DNA of 64,000 bases, from assembly GCF_018350175.1 (NCBI RefSeq), contig NC_058368.1:186932001-186996000 (forward strand), given 5' to 3'. Of this stretch, positions 52,001 through 64,000 are shown piece after piece. Positions within the stretch are counted from its first letter, which is position 1. Every line of letters starts with the position of its first letter. This stretch comes from Felis catus. Taxonomy: Eukaryota. The position numbers were made by a program, and so were the translations under genes. The notes beneath the pieces are model-generated. The model was not told the origin of the DNA. It worked only from the letters and a program-made list of their open reading frames with translations, and searched no databases.

Positions 52001-52689
52001 TGAATCTCAAATTCCTCGTCTTCAAAGATAGGCTCAGACAAGATACCCAAGGTGACTTTCAATACTAAATTTATGTTAGGAGTTTATAGAACTGGTTACT
52101 GCAAGCACTGAGACTTCAACCAAAAATAGAACACAGGACTGCAGCTTAGCACTATGATGCCTCTTCCTCCTCTTTCTCTCCTGCTCTTACTTCCTCTCCT
52201 TCCTTCCCTAATCTCTCTGACCCCTCTCCCCCCAACCCCCGCTTCTCTCTCTTCCAAACCATAATTGGGTGCTTCTTGTGTGCTCGAGACTACACAGACC
52301 CCAGGGATACACAGATAAACTTGAGATGAGACCATACTGTCTCTTGTACATTGAAAAGTCTTTTCTCTTCACTTATCTTAAACGCAGCTGGGCAAGTCCA
52401 ATCTGATACTATTGTCATAGAGTAATTCAGTGTGAATTTTCTTTGGAAAGTCACATCCTTTATCTAATTTGGATAAGCAAAAGTACTTTTTAGGTCCCAG
52501 GAAGGAGTCACACAAATCTGTCTAAATTACTGAAATGTTTCCTGAAGCTGTCTATGCTCTATTTATTGGTAAAGAAAGAAAAAGAACTAAAAGCTCTGAG
52601 CATAGTATTCAAAGTCATGTGGAATCTTTCTCCCATTATAGTCCATTCATCTCCAGGTCCATTCATCTCCAATGCCACAGGAAAATAGT

Positions 52690-52910
52690 GTGGTTCACAA
52701 TGAAGACCCCAGGTATGGAATTAGATGGACATAGTTTACATAGCTCTACTACTTACTAGCCGGGTCACCTTCAGTGTGTAACTTAACCTCTCAAAGTTGC
52801 TGATTCTCCATCTATAAAGTTTAAGTGGTAATATCTACCTAGCAGGACTGTAGTGAGGAATGACACTGTGCAGGTAAAGAGCCTAAGGGAGTGCGACACA
52901 CGCAATAGAT
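52690..52910 (+). mobile_element. MIR
   Basis: ctctactacttactagccgggtcaccttcag...acttaacctctc...gtagtgaggaatga. Confidence 0.75.
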
Positions 52911-52999
52911 ACAGAAGAGAAGGTAACTGAGAATAATTATGAGTATAATTCAATGAAAAAGAACTCACATTCACAAAGCACCCGGTATGTATCAAGGAT

Positions 53000-53400
53000 A
53001 GTATTACGAGGCTATGCCAGGCTATAGTAACAAATTGATCTCAAAGTGTACAGAAATTCAAAACAAATAGAAATTCATTTATCACTCATCTACAGTGAAA
53101 GTGGATGTTCCTGGTTAGCAGCTGGTTTTCCTCCACAAGGTAATTCTAAGACCCAGTCTTCTTTCATCTAGTGGCTCAGCCACCCTCAGCATCACATGCA
53201 TTCAGCTGACAGAATGAGGAAGAAGGCATGCCTGCTTACTGAAAGCCTTGGTCCAGAAGTGATATGTATCATTTCTGCCCTGAGTCCATCATTGATAACT
53301 ATTGACCAGGCCACGTCTGGTTGTAAGCAGGAGCTAGGAAATGTAGTCACTGTTGGGAAACCACTACCCAAAAATGATTATACCCCAAAGAAGAAGAGCA
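53000..53400 (-). mobile_element. Old MaLR LTR (MLT1-type)
   Basis: ggctatagtaacaaattgatctcaaag; agacccagtcttctttcatctagtggctc; ggagctaggaaatgtagtc. Confidence 0.6.
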
Positions 53401-55279
53401 AAAGCTTACTCTGCTATGTGAAGCCACTTAAATCTGTGAGGTAGGTATTATCACCCCCCATCCTACTAATAAGGAAATTTTGAGTCAGTTATTAAGTAAG
53501 CTCCAGGTCACCAGGATCTAAGTCTAGGTGTTGGACTTCAAGGCTAGCATTCCCAATCTTGCCTCCCTGAAATCTTGTAAGACAGAGTTCATAGACTGCT
53601 GAATGATGGGTTGGATGGACCCCACAGGATGCCCCCACAGGTATCAATTTACACACACAAAATGTGCATTTATACCCTTTCTTTATAAATCAGAACATTT
53701 GGCAACTCTGGATCCCCATCCTAGCAACGCAACAATTGCCTGAAGATTAACTCTAGCTTTTGTTGTGTTTGATGGGACATGTGCCTTCTGGTCTACTGAC
53801 CACTATCCCCTCTCTCCCCAGTTTATCTCTGTCCAATTCCACCCATTAACATCATTTCCCTAGACTTTCTAGTCATATGAACCTTTGCTGTAAGAGCTAT
53901 CTTTATTATTTTCTTGACAGGGAGAGTCAACATTGTGCTCTCAAAACTTGGAATAGTCATGAGGAAAACAAAGAAATGTTTCTTTTTGAAACTATAAGAG
54001 ACTATTTAACACTTTTTGTGCCTCTTCAAATTTTGTACTTCCCACCCCTATTTCTCACCCGACATTTATTGCTCAATCCTGATTCACAAGGCCATCTAAA
54101 TAAATTTCCCTGCAGCCTGGCCCTGATCGGTACAGAAGAGCCCTCCTACTCTGCACGATTGGTTTTCTGTCTCTTTTCCTAGTCCTCTCCCTCTCTGCAC
54201 TTATCTACACTTCTCATTCCACTCCCAGCAATAGCCTTGCTTCTATCAGTCTCAGCCATCTAATCAATGCATCAGCTATTTGTCAACAGAGCCCAGAGAG
54301 TTTTGACTCCCTGTTTTCAAGATTAGAGTTCAGTGAAGTGTAAAAGCAGAGGACAAAGGACTGAGGTAGGGGGTGGAGGGGGAGGAGATGGACACTGATT
54401 GGAGAGCATAGCATGGGCCAATAACTCATCCCCTCTGTGGGTGTCCCCTAACCCTGAAAACCAACCCCAGCTTTGCAGCCTGAAGCATGGAGCTTCAGAG
54501 GATGGGGAGTGTCTGGCCTGACCAATCTCATCACACTTAATTACTTGCAATTTCAATTCAAAGGCATAACTCTGATTCATCAGCAAGGTTCTGCTTTGAC
54601 ATTATAGTGATTTGCAGCAGGGAAGGTCTTCATAGAATTCTCAATTTCTACATTTATTATCTGGATTTCTCAAGGGCATATTTTCTTAAATAGTTGCCTC
54701 ACTACATATACTTTCTATTATCAATTGGAATCTTCACTCAACTTTCTAATTGGCCATTCTTCTGTACTTACTGCCTTAATAATCCTTTTTCAGCTCCCCA
54801 AGCAACTCTTCTAAGTGAAAGACCAAGAAAAATGTGTTCCTGTTATTCTAACATACTTTGTCTGAAAATGAGTCCCATATAATACTAGTTCAACAAGAAG
54901 TTCCTAAAAGGAAGTTCCATGGTCCTGTAAATTTTGCTAAAGCTACTACTACATAGTTCTTTAACATATTTATGATACAAGTTAACAAATAAAAATTTCT
55001 GAAAATGCTATAGTTAAGAAAACAAAAACCATTTAAATATAATTCCGTATTTCCCATACTTATCCTTCTATAGAACCCCATTCCACCCCTCCTCTATCAT
55101 GAAACACTTAGTCATGACTTCTGGATTTAGTGTTCCATGATGAACATTTTATAAAATGTTTTCCTAGCACCACGATATGGTTTAGTAGATATAAATGCTT
55201 ATTTGCTTTTTCTTTCCTTTTCCAATTTTACTGTATACATGCTAGAATGAATTATTGATTACAATTTTTTATCACTTCC

Positions 55280-55590
55280 TAGGATCATAACCTTTGTCAT
55301 GTAACTTTTCAGTTCTTCCAATGAAAAATTCATTCAGTCTTTAATCATGTAGTTTGCTTTGGCCAATGGAATAAAACATACACAATATGAGAAATGGCTT
55401 AAATTGGATTTGCATAGTTGAGCTTGTCCTCTTAAGCTTCTGCAGTGATCATGAGAACATGTTCCAGCTAACCCAATGATCCCAGAAGGAGGAAGAGACT
55501 AACAAAGCATGATCAGGAAATCAATGCCTATTTTGTATGCCTCTAAGATTTTGAGGTTTGTTATGCAGCTATAGTTGATTAATATAATAC
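55280..55590 (+). mobile_element. Old MaLR LTR fragment
   Basis: catgtagtttgctttggccaatggaat; catgagaacatgttccagcta; ttttgaggtttgttatgcagctatagttgattaata. Confidence 0.6.
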
Positions 55591-56941
55591 ATTAGATTCT
55601 ATTCTAGAAAACGTCTGCCTACAAATGAGTAAACAGGAATCTTTACCTTTAGTGACCTTATAGTAAGAGAGAAGAGAAATAACTAATTATAACTCAAGAC
55701 AAAATAAGAGTGCCAAAATAAGTGCCAATAATATGCTTCAGGGACATAAAAATTGATGTAATCCATCCATACATTTTTAAGCAGGAAGGTAGAATTTTGG
55801 CTTGTTCTTAAATCATTAAAAGGAGTACACTGGAAGAAGAATCAAAAGAGAAGATATTCCACATCCTGCTTGTGGAACAGTATGCACAAAAAAGTATAAA
55901 TATTTTCTCTCTCAGGAAATGCTGGTGTTCTTTTGTGAATATATATTGGTATGTCCTATTTGTAACTGAGAAAACTAGATAACTACCCAAGACCACATAG
56001 TTAGTATGTGGCATAAGTGGGCTCTACAACCTAGGACTCCTGATTCTAGTTCTAGACCCCTGTTCTATAGTTATTTACATACCTGGGTATAGAATGTAAA
56101 AAACCAAAAATAGGAAATTAGCATGCTGTTGTGCTTGGGAGTAACCACAGGGTTCTAGGCCTAGGCAAATAAAGTACGTATATCATGCTCCTAATCATCA
56201 TCATCCTAACAATCACAGTAAGAAGAACAGAAACTACAATATGGATAATAGTTAATATTTTATTCCTCTATCACGTGCTGGAGACTGTTATGTTTACCTT
56301 TTCTTTATAATTATTCTATAAGAAGGGTACAATTATTTGCCCCATTAAACAACATGAAATAACTAAGGAACAGAGAAGTTATGCCACCTTCCCATGGTCA
56401 CATGGTAAGCGGAGGAAGTAGGACACAAAACCATCCCTATCTGTCCCAAGAGCCTGACCTCTAACCAACTGTGTTCAACCTCAGTAAAAAATTAGAATCT
56501 CCTCTGGGAGAGGTCCTGCCCATATTAATGGAGTCCCAAGCACCAAACCATCTTAAAAACTCTCCACATGATTCTTTCATACAGCCAGTGTTAAGGGGTT
56601 AAAATCAGAAGCAGAAGGATGAGCTGGATTCAGAATATTCATGAAGAACAAGAAAGCAAAACAACAGACCAATCAGACAGAAGCCAAATAGGGTAAAACT
56701 GGCCTAAGAGTATATTCATGCTTTTAGATCAATTGGGAAAACCTTAGAACTAATTTACTGACAAAGGCAATGTTCTAAATGGAGAAAGATTACCACAATA
56801 TCCCAGTAGTACCAAGGGGCTTAACTGACCCATAAAATAAGCAATCTCAAGAACCAATAACACAGGGTTACCTTTAGGCCCTTCAGAGTAAGAGGAAAAA
56901 GGAAGACATGAATATTCCTCCATCTTTACTGGTCTAAATCT

Positions 56942-57165
56942 TTTTTTTTTTTTACATTTATTCAATTTTGAGAGACAGAGAGAGGCAGAGCATGGGCAGG
57001 GGAGGGGGAGAGAGAGACAGAGAGAGATACAGAATCAGAAGCAGGCTCCAAGCTCTGAGCTGTTTGTTAGCACAGAGCCTGACGCAGGGCTTGAATTCAC
57101 AAACTGTGAGACCATGATCTGAGCTGAAGTCAGATGCTCAACCGACTGAGCCACCCAGGCTCCCC
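56942..57165 (-). mobile_element. Can-SINE (SINEC_Fc)
   Basis: Reverse SINEC; TSD ctggtctaa(a/t)tct. Confidence 0.95.
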
Positions 57166-57987
57166 TTTCCTGGTCTAATTCTAACAAAAAATTTGATATG
57201 GTGCAGGTTTGATTTTGGCATCCTGTTACCTTACTTTCTCAATTGCCCTGTATGTCCTTTCCCACGTACCTGGCACCTACAAGTTTCCCTTCACTTCCCA
57301 CTATAGTGGACACATTCAGGTCATTGGGGCAACTTGATCTATATGATATGTCTACCCCTCAATGGCAGAGTTCCATTGAGCAATCATTGCTCTTTGGTAA
57401 AACTCACTGAGGCTGGGCACAGACTCAGAATCCTTCTCAGTTGTAGGCAGGCCTTGAGAAGCAACTGGGCACAAGTGCTTAGCATGACAAACCAGTTTGC
57501 CACACCTGCCCTGAGCGACTGATAAGATAGTAATGAGGCAGCAAAACAGCACATGCTGAGGTTGAGATGGGGCAATAAGTGCAGTTTCTGGATGCAAATG
57601 CTTCTCCTACCTCCTCCATGTGCTCCTTAGATCTTGCTTTCAATTACACAGGGTCTTCTTTTCAGCTTCATTTGCCAAATCAGACCTTACACTTGTATAC
57701 TTACTTCTTCACTAAGTTTTTGGGACAATCTCACTGGTTACAGGTGCAGTTAACATATGATAGAAGTTAAAGTCCCTCATGTGCATGGTCTTCTTTGTAG
57801 AAGTCCACATTCGAGTGCAGTGCCACTTTGATCCTCTTGAAAACCCCAAGTGATGCAAGGTAATTGGTATTTCCCTCATTTGTCAGAGGATAAAATTGAT
57901 GCTAAAATGGAAAGAATGTTGAAATTTTAAGATATTTCTTGGAAGGAAAATTGTCTCAGCTTACAGCACGGTTTATATAAGGATTGG

Positions 57988-58196
57988 GGGCTCCTGGGTA
58001 GCTCAGTCGGTTAAGCGTCTGACTTCTGTTCAGGTCATGACTCAAGTTCGTGGGTTCAAGCCCCATGTCGAGCTCTGTGCTGACAGCTCAGAGCCTGGAG
58101 CCTGGTCTGGATTCTGTGTGTGTGTGTGTCTCTCTCTCTGCCCCTTCCCTGCTCGCACTCTGTGTCTCCCACTTTCAAAAATAAATTTAAAAAAAT
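57988..58196 (+). mobile_element. Can-SINE (SINEC_Fc)
   Basis: TSD tttatataaggattgg (57972-57987, 58197-58212). Confidence 0.96.
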
Positions 58197-58334
58197 TTTA
58201 TATAAGGATTGGAATCATATGGTCAGCCAACAAACATTTCTGAGCACCTACCATAGACTAGGTACCAGACTAACACCTAGAAATAATAGATGAATAAGTC
58301 ATGGTTGATACCCTGAATAGTCTATAGTCTAGGA

Positions 58335-58557
58335 CACAGAAAACAAACTACAGACTGTGGGCCAAATTTTCCCCATTCCTGATTTGCTAAATCAAGTTTT
58401 ATTGAAATACACAAAGGACCATTTGTTTACATATTATCTGTGGCTACTTTTGTGCTATAGTAGCAGAGTGCAGTAGTTACTAACAGAATCTGTGCACCCC
58501 ACAAAATTGAAAATATTTATTCTCTGAGTCTTTACAGAAAAAGTTTGCTGACTCTTG
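58335..58557 (+). mobile_element. MER58A-like hAT MITE within a minus-strand L2 relic (about 58225-58900)
   Basis: caaactacagactgtgggccaaat...tttacagaaaaagtttgctgactcttg; 8-bp TSD gtctagga/atctagta. Confidence 0.82.
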
Positions 58558-59536
58558 ATCTAGTAAAGTATGTCTAAGTGAAATCAAGTGGTGCTGGTGT
58601 TATAAAATTCTGTGTGGGGTATATTGTGTGGGTTCAAATGAAGCAGGGGTGGTTTCTCAGAAGATGTTGTCTTGAACGATAACCAGAGAGACGGAGAACA
58701 GGAATGCAAGCAGAGGTAATAGTGTGAGTAAATAATGGAAACAAGAAACAACAAGGCTCATGAGGAAACTGTCAGTAGCTCAGCATAGCTAGTATTTATG
58801 GTAGGGGTTGAGAGGTGGAGAAGGAAGGGTCAACAAGGAGTGGTGGTCACAGACCACCTCAGGAGGATTTCATATGCAAACCTAAAGCCACTGACTGTAG
58901 GCCTAGGAATCTTTGAGATTTTTATGTAACAGATACAGTTTGTATTAAAAATGAAATTCTATGATTCTCTTCCAGGCTGAGAAACCCTCCAAGAACATTT
59001 AGGGTTCAGTTACCATGATGCCATTATAGCATAAGATGAGGTATAGTTTCAACTGAATAAATTGAATCTCTGTTAAGTCAATTTACAGCTATTTCCTCCC
59101 TTTATAATAGTTCATAGCAACTAGGGCAATAGCTAAGAAGAGTTACAGGGTACTGAGAAAGCAGATGATAGGAGATCTGGTTTAATCTAGGGGAGTTGTG
59201 AAGGTTGTCTCAAACAAGTGACATTAAAGGCATGATCTGAAGCTGAGTACACATTAACCAGGGAAATAATCAAAGAATCATGTGAGAAACTTTGTCTTAA
59301 CATTTTAAAATCTGAAAAGCTGAATCATTTCACGATGGTATTCCTCTTCCTTGGATGAGGACGTCATTGGGTTAAATATCACTGAATTCACCAGAAAAAT
59401 AGAGCTAATACTCTCTAAATAATCACATTAAAGCATTGCTCTAAGGACAAAGAAAGTAATGCATGGGTGGTATTTAACATAAGGTCCAACACACAGGAAG
59501 CATGCCAGAAATGCTGGTTGTCAATCTTAGTAACTG

Positions 59537-59663
59537 TTTTTCTTTTTCTTTTTCTTTGTCTTCTTCCTCCTCCTCCCCCTCCCCCTCCCCTCCTCCTATT
59601 CCTCCCCTTCTCTTCACCCTCCTCCTCCTCTTCTTCTTCTTCTTCTTCTTCTTCTTCTTCTTC
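59537..59663. repeat. Polypyrimidine tract with (CCT)n and (CTT)n
   Basis: Directly visible. Confidence 0.95.
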
Positions 59664-59789
59664 TGTAACAATGATGAGCTTATCTTGTCTATTTTATACC
59701 CTTTACACAGTCTAGGCAGAAAAGAATTCTGGTCCACAAATTGTTGTAGAATATCATTAATACAGTATTTTTGGTGAATCAGTGAATCT

Positions 59790-60200
59790 CAGTCAAAAGC
59801 AAAGGAGCTCTACTTCTAAGTATGGGATTCCCTGCTTTCAAATTTCTAACAGATGGTCTTCCAATACCCACTTGGATGAGGCCAGTGAGCACTTGCTCCC
59901 CAACTGGGAAGCTCTGGTCGCAGGAAAATTCTTCTCCATATGGAGCCCAAATTAACTTTCCTGAAACAGCCACCCGTTGGCCTTACTTCTGTTCTCCGGA
60001 CCATACTGAACATGGCCTATGCCCCTTCCACATGGTACCCCTTCAAATCTCCTGATAGTAGATTTCCCACACAGAGTACAGACCACAGGATGGGTCTCCT
60101 CCGTTGCACTGTATTGTCTTCTCTCTCTCTGACCTTCAGTAATTTTAAAAGACAGAGGTCTTGTACCACAAACCTCACATCTAATTCATCTCTGCATCCA
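59790..60200 (-). mobile_element. CR1/L3 LINE relic
   Basis: ccccttccacatggtaccccttcaaat; the minus-strand translation LKGYHVEG resembles the CR1/L3 ORF2 C-terminus. Confidence 0.6.
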
Positions 60201-60324
60201 CCCAGCACAGTGTCTCTCTGAAGTAGGCACTCACTCAGCAAGTGTTTTTATGATAAATAAATGAAAAAATATCTATATCAAAGCATATTACTCTTTAAAA
60301 AGCCAAATAAAACGGAATAATCTT

Positions 60325-60525
60325 TCAGCTAATGTTATTCTAAATTCTAGTGTGCATCAGAAAACATCATAGGCAATTTAGCAAAGAGGCATATTTCTGG
60401 ACTACATCTTCAGAGATTCTGATTCCATCAATCTGGAGTTTCCCTGGGCATTTGCATTTTTATCAAGCATCATGGGTATATCTGAATCAGGTGGTCTGTT
60501 AATCATACTTAGAGAAATACTGCTT
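60325..60525. mobile_element. MER5B-like MITE
   Basis: cagagattctgattcc...gggcatttgcatttttatcaagc...catacttagagaaatactg. Confidence 0.7.
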
Positions 60526-61009
60526 TAAGCACTCTAGACATCAAATCAAACAAGTTTTATTAAATTTGATATTTGGAAGTAGCAAACACATTGCAGTTAT
60601 TTCTACTTATAACGACTTTTCATTTGCTCTCTTGTTATTTTTTTCTCCTTGAAGCATTTTTTTTTTCTGGGTTACCCAGCCATAACTCCCCTCCCATGCT
60701 GAGAGGTAAGTATGCTCCATCTATTACATTCTTTTCAGACCTCCTAAGGAGATAATTAGGCATTGCAATTGATTGCAATTTATTAATCAGAGCAGGATGT
60801 TACAGAGTTTGGGGGTGGGGTAGTACAGCACTGAAGTCTAGCATAAATGCAAGGCAAGTGTAGAGACTGACAGGGGAATAAGGCAAAAATAACTACCAAA
60901 TCACAGGGTGTTTTAAACTGATTCTTGTTTTATACTGTGGTGTCCTGATCTATAAAAAGGGGATATTAAAACTTGGCTGATCTACCACCACAGCCAGGTG
61001 TAAGATTTA

Positions 61010-61520
61010 TTCTATAAATATTTATTGAGTGTCTATGACGTAACAGGTAATGTCCTTGGTGCTAAGGATACATCACAGAACAAGACTAAATCCTTGCCTC
61101 ATAGAGAGATTTTTAAAAATGTAAATACATACATTTAAATTATACCATATTATACTACTCAGAAGTTAAGTAGAACTGAGTAATGGGATTGAGAGTGAGG
61201 AAGGGGAGGGAGGGTGCAGGTTAGGTCTCCTATTACATAGGAAGTTCTTGAAGAACTCTCCAAGGGGGTGATATTTAGGAATAAATCAAAGTGACATGAA
61301 AGAGCATGCTGCAGGAAGATCTAGTGAGAGAAAACTCCATGGAGAAGGAATGGCAATGCAAAAGGCTTAGGTGGGCCAGTAGGATGAGTGGAATCTACAT
61401 GATGGAGAATAGCAAGAAGAGATGCTTGACTAGAGCAGAGTGGCCAAGTAAGGAAAGTGGTAGAAGAAAATAAGTGGTAGATGGAAACATGTTGAAAAAT
61501 AGTCTTTGATGGCATACTAT
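61010..61520 (-). mobile_element. L2 3' relic
   Basis: aaatatttattgagtgtctatgacgtaacagg...ggtgctaaggataca is the reverse of the L2 3' end. Confidence 0.75.
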
Positions 61521-63129
61521 TCATATAGAATGTTAAGCCACCAAGAACCTAAGTAATCACTCAATCCAGTCTATTCATTCAAACAAGTGGGAAAACAGAA
61601 GCCCACAGAGGTTAACAGACATCTCCAAAGTAGGAGACTAATGCTCAGGTCCTATGATGTATAATAGAGCTTTCATTTTCATCTTTCCTTGTTTTCTGCT
61701 TGCTCTTCCTCTATTTTTCGTTTCTTACTCAAACTTCCTTTTTTCCTTTCTTTTTCTGCTACCTCCTCCTACAAGTCCCCTTATTTCTTTTCCCTTTTTC
61801 CTCTTTTTCTCTATCCTTTACTTATCACTCCTGCTGTCTCTCTTCCTCCTCACGCCATCAGTCTTTTCTAACTTCATAGCTTGTGGTCAGTGTTATTCAA
61901 GACAACAAGATTTATCCCCATATGAAAACAGTTCTGACCATCAGGCCTATGCTATTCAATATCAGATGATTTCAAATTCTAGCATCTAAGGACCTCAAAA
62001 TATCATTCCCTTAATCCTCCCTCCACAATCTTTAAAAGCTACCTGTTATTTTATCTAAAAAATATCCTTTGTCCTAGTGTCTGACATATAAATTACCTCC
62101 ACAATTACAGAGATGTGTATATGTACTCCTATGCTGGGTGTTTGGTACAGGAAGTGTGAAGCAAAGCTCAGGTATAGCAAAATCCAAACCACACATCGAA
62201 TACAATGGGACAGGTATTAAGTATAAGTCACTGCCATTAGGTATGAGGGAGGATAAAGACTTTAGCCAAACCACAGGAAATCGCTACCTCTTTTAAAGAT
62301 ATCTATTTGTTTAATGTCTAGCCCATTTCTGGAAGCAGGTGTCCTACATCAGCCCAGAATCTTATGAGAGACACTAGGGAATGGTGATACTCTGAGTGTT
62401 AATGTCAGTGACTCAAGTAGATGTCTGATTTCTAAACTGAGTGTGGAAGCAAGGCACAGTGAGTTTGTCACATCCTCTTCCCAGCACACAACCCCAAGTG
62501 AATCCTCATACAAATCCCTGACCATTATATTTCAATTTCATGTTTCTAGCCATATAGCTAGAGAATGCAGAGCTGGCATCTGTAGAAATTGATTTTTCTT
62601 TTTCTGTGGAAAGAGTCCTCTGCTGTCACAACACAGCATATTCTTTTCCTTAGAAAGAAAATAAAAGTAATTACTGGGAGTACTTTTATCCTGCCAAACA
62701 GCCAACATCAGTCTTCCACACAGCTTTTCAACTCCTCCAACTCTATCTGTTGCTCTAAAAAAAAATAATGGCTACATACATATAACTGACTCTCTAACAA
62801 GCAACAATCCAAAATTTACTCCCAGAGCTAATCTCCCTGGGACTCAGTCTGTTCATCTGTAAAATGAGAGTGTCAAGTAAATAATGTTTATATCTATGGT
62901 TACTACCATCCTATTCCTTCTAGGTTCTTACTTACATCAGGAATGATGGTACATGGGAAATAGAATGAGTCTAAGACTTCTCCCTCATTTCTATTGTTAC
63001 CAGTGATCAAAGAAAGAAAAGCTGTGTGGTTTTTAATCTTGATATTATTAAAATTATATCTTTTTCATGAAATTTCAGAGGGAGTAAGAAGGAGATTAAA
63101 ATTTTGTTATGAGTTGTTGTGGGGTGCCG

Positions 63130-64000
63130 GACAGTACCTCATGATGGTTTTGGGATTCAGCTTTGAAGATTGATTACATTTATACGTAGTGTATAAATGT
63201 ATGGGAGAATATGCTTTATAAAATTTATATGCTAATAGAAGGAACCACAAAACGTCAGAGAAGAGGTTTCGCAGATACCCTAAAAAAACAATGATAAAAC
63301 TGGTCAGAATTGTTTAAAGCAATCATTGTAGAACTCTGAAAATTGAACAAAGGCATACAATAAGTTGAGAAGTGTTTATTCAAGAAAAACTACTAACCAT
63401 CTCTAAGGACAGTAAAAGTTTGTGACTTTATAGCCTGCTCCCATCCTTCCATCCAGCTCATGGCATGATGGCTCTGCCATAGCTAGGCAGGGTATAAGAA
63501 GAGACAGTTCTACCACCATAAAGGGCTTACTTGATTTGAGACAGAGTAGAGAGAAGCCACATGCCCTAGGGCTTTTTCAAAATAATAGTGATCTCTCTGC
63601 CAATCTGGGAGGGCTAACATCACATCTTTCAGAGATTGTGATGCTGACTGGGCCAGACAACAGATTAGCCAGAGATATAATAAGGATATACAAGGAACAG
63701 GGTAGACATGATAAGTTTTTATAATAACCCAAATGTTTCTGATGGTCTAGAAAGCTGTGTCCCTGCCCAGGAAAGACAAGAGAAGGTCCTGGATATCTAC
63801 TCATCACTGGATGAATGTGAGGCCTTGTACAGCAGAAAATAAAAGCTGGAGCATATTTGATAAGTGCTTGAGCTGTGAAGTATTCTGTAATCTACACACA
63901 GAGCCATCAGCAAAAAAGGAAAGTCTCAAAGTGTTCAAACACAACTTCTGACCAATCTTTGGCTGACCACTAAGCTATGCTGACAGAGGCAAACCTAAGA
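63130..64000 (+). mobile_element. Ancient L1M (L1MD/ME-like) 5' UTR, running off the window end
   Basis: agaactctgaaaattgaacaaaggcatacaataagttgagaagtgtttattcaagaaaaact; ctttggctgaccactaagctatgc. Confidence 0.6.

Noticed and set aside
59467..59777. Poly-K/E, poly-S/P and poly-F ORFs
   Set aside because: These are translations of the (CTT)n/(CCT)n tract.
59822..60221. Apparent acceptor (ttctaacag|ATGG) and ORFs
   Set aside because: Better explained as a minus-strand CR1/L3 relic.
1..64000. CRISPR arrays, operons or other prokaryotic or novel enzymatic systems
   Set aside because: The sequence is mammalian; there are no regularly spaced repeat-spacer arrays and no intact non-transposon ORFs.

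Overview
Repeat-rich mammalian genomic DNA, intergenic or intronic, almost certainly from a cat-like carnivore: it carries about 21 tRNA-derived Can-SINE (SINEC_Fc-type) copies and feline-type LINE-1s. I found no recognisable host protein-coding exon, RNA gene or prokaryotic system. The longer ORFs are LINE-1 ORF1/ORF2 fragments, their antisense shadows, SINEs or microsatellites. Main elements: an old 4.8 kb L1MA-type copy (1270-6080) and a ~13 kb minus-strand nest of L1s (18.8-31.8 kb) that contains a near-full-length but dead felid L1 (copy A, 21930-27734). There are also two 5'-truncated felid L1s (copy B 33067-35195, inside a MaLR LTR; copy C 41517-42298, with a 5' inversion), several solo LTRs, hAT MITEs, and MIR, L2 and CR1 relics. 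The most notable observation concerns the three neighbouring felid L1 copies. They are roughly 5-13% divergent in the flanking windows I hand-aligned, yet share 95-313 bp identical or near-identical tracts carrying the same ORF2 stop and frameshift lesions. This suggests local ectopic gene conversion, or assembly cross-polishing. Other observations are a 20-bp L1 insertion with a 17-bp TSD and two sites with stacked insertions at one target. Subfamily names come from memory of repeat consensus sequences and need RepeatMasker/Dfam confirmation. I do not see a new biological system here.
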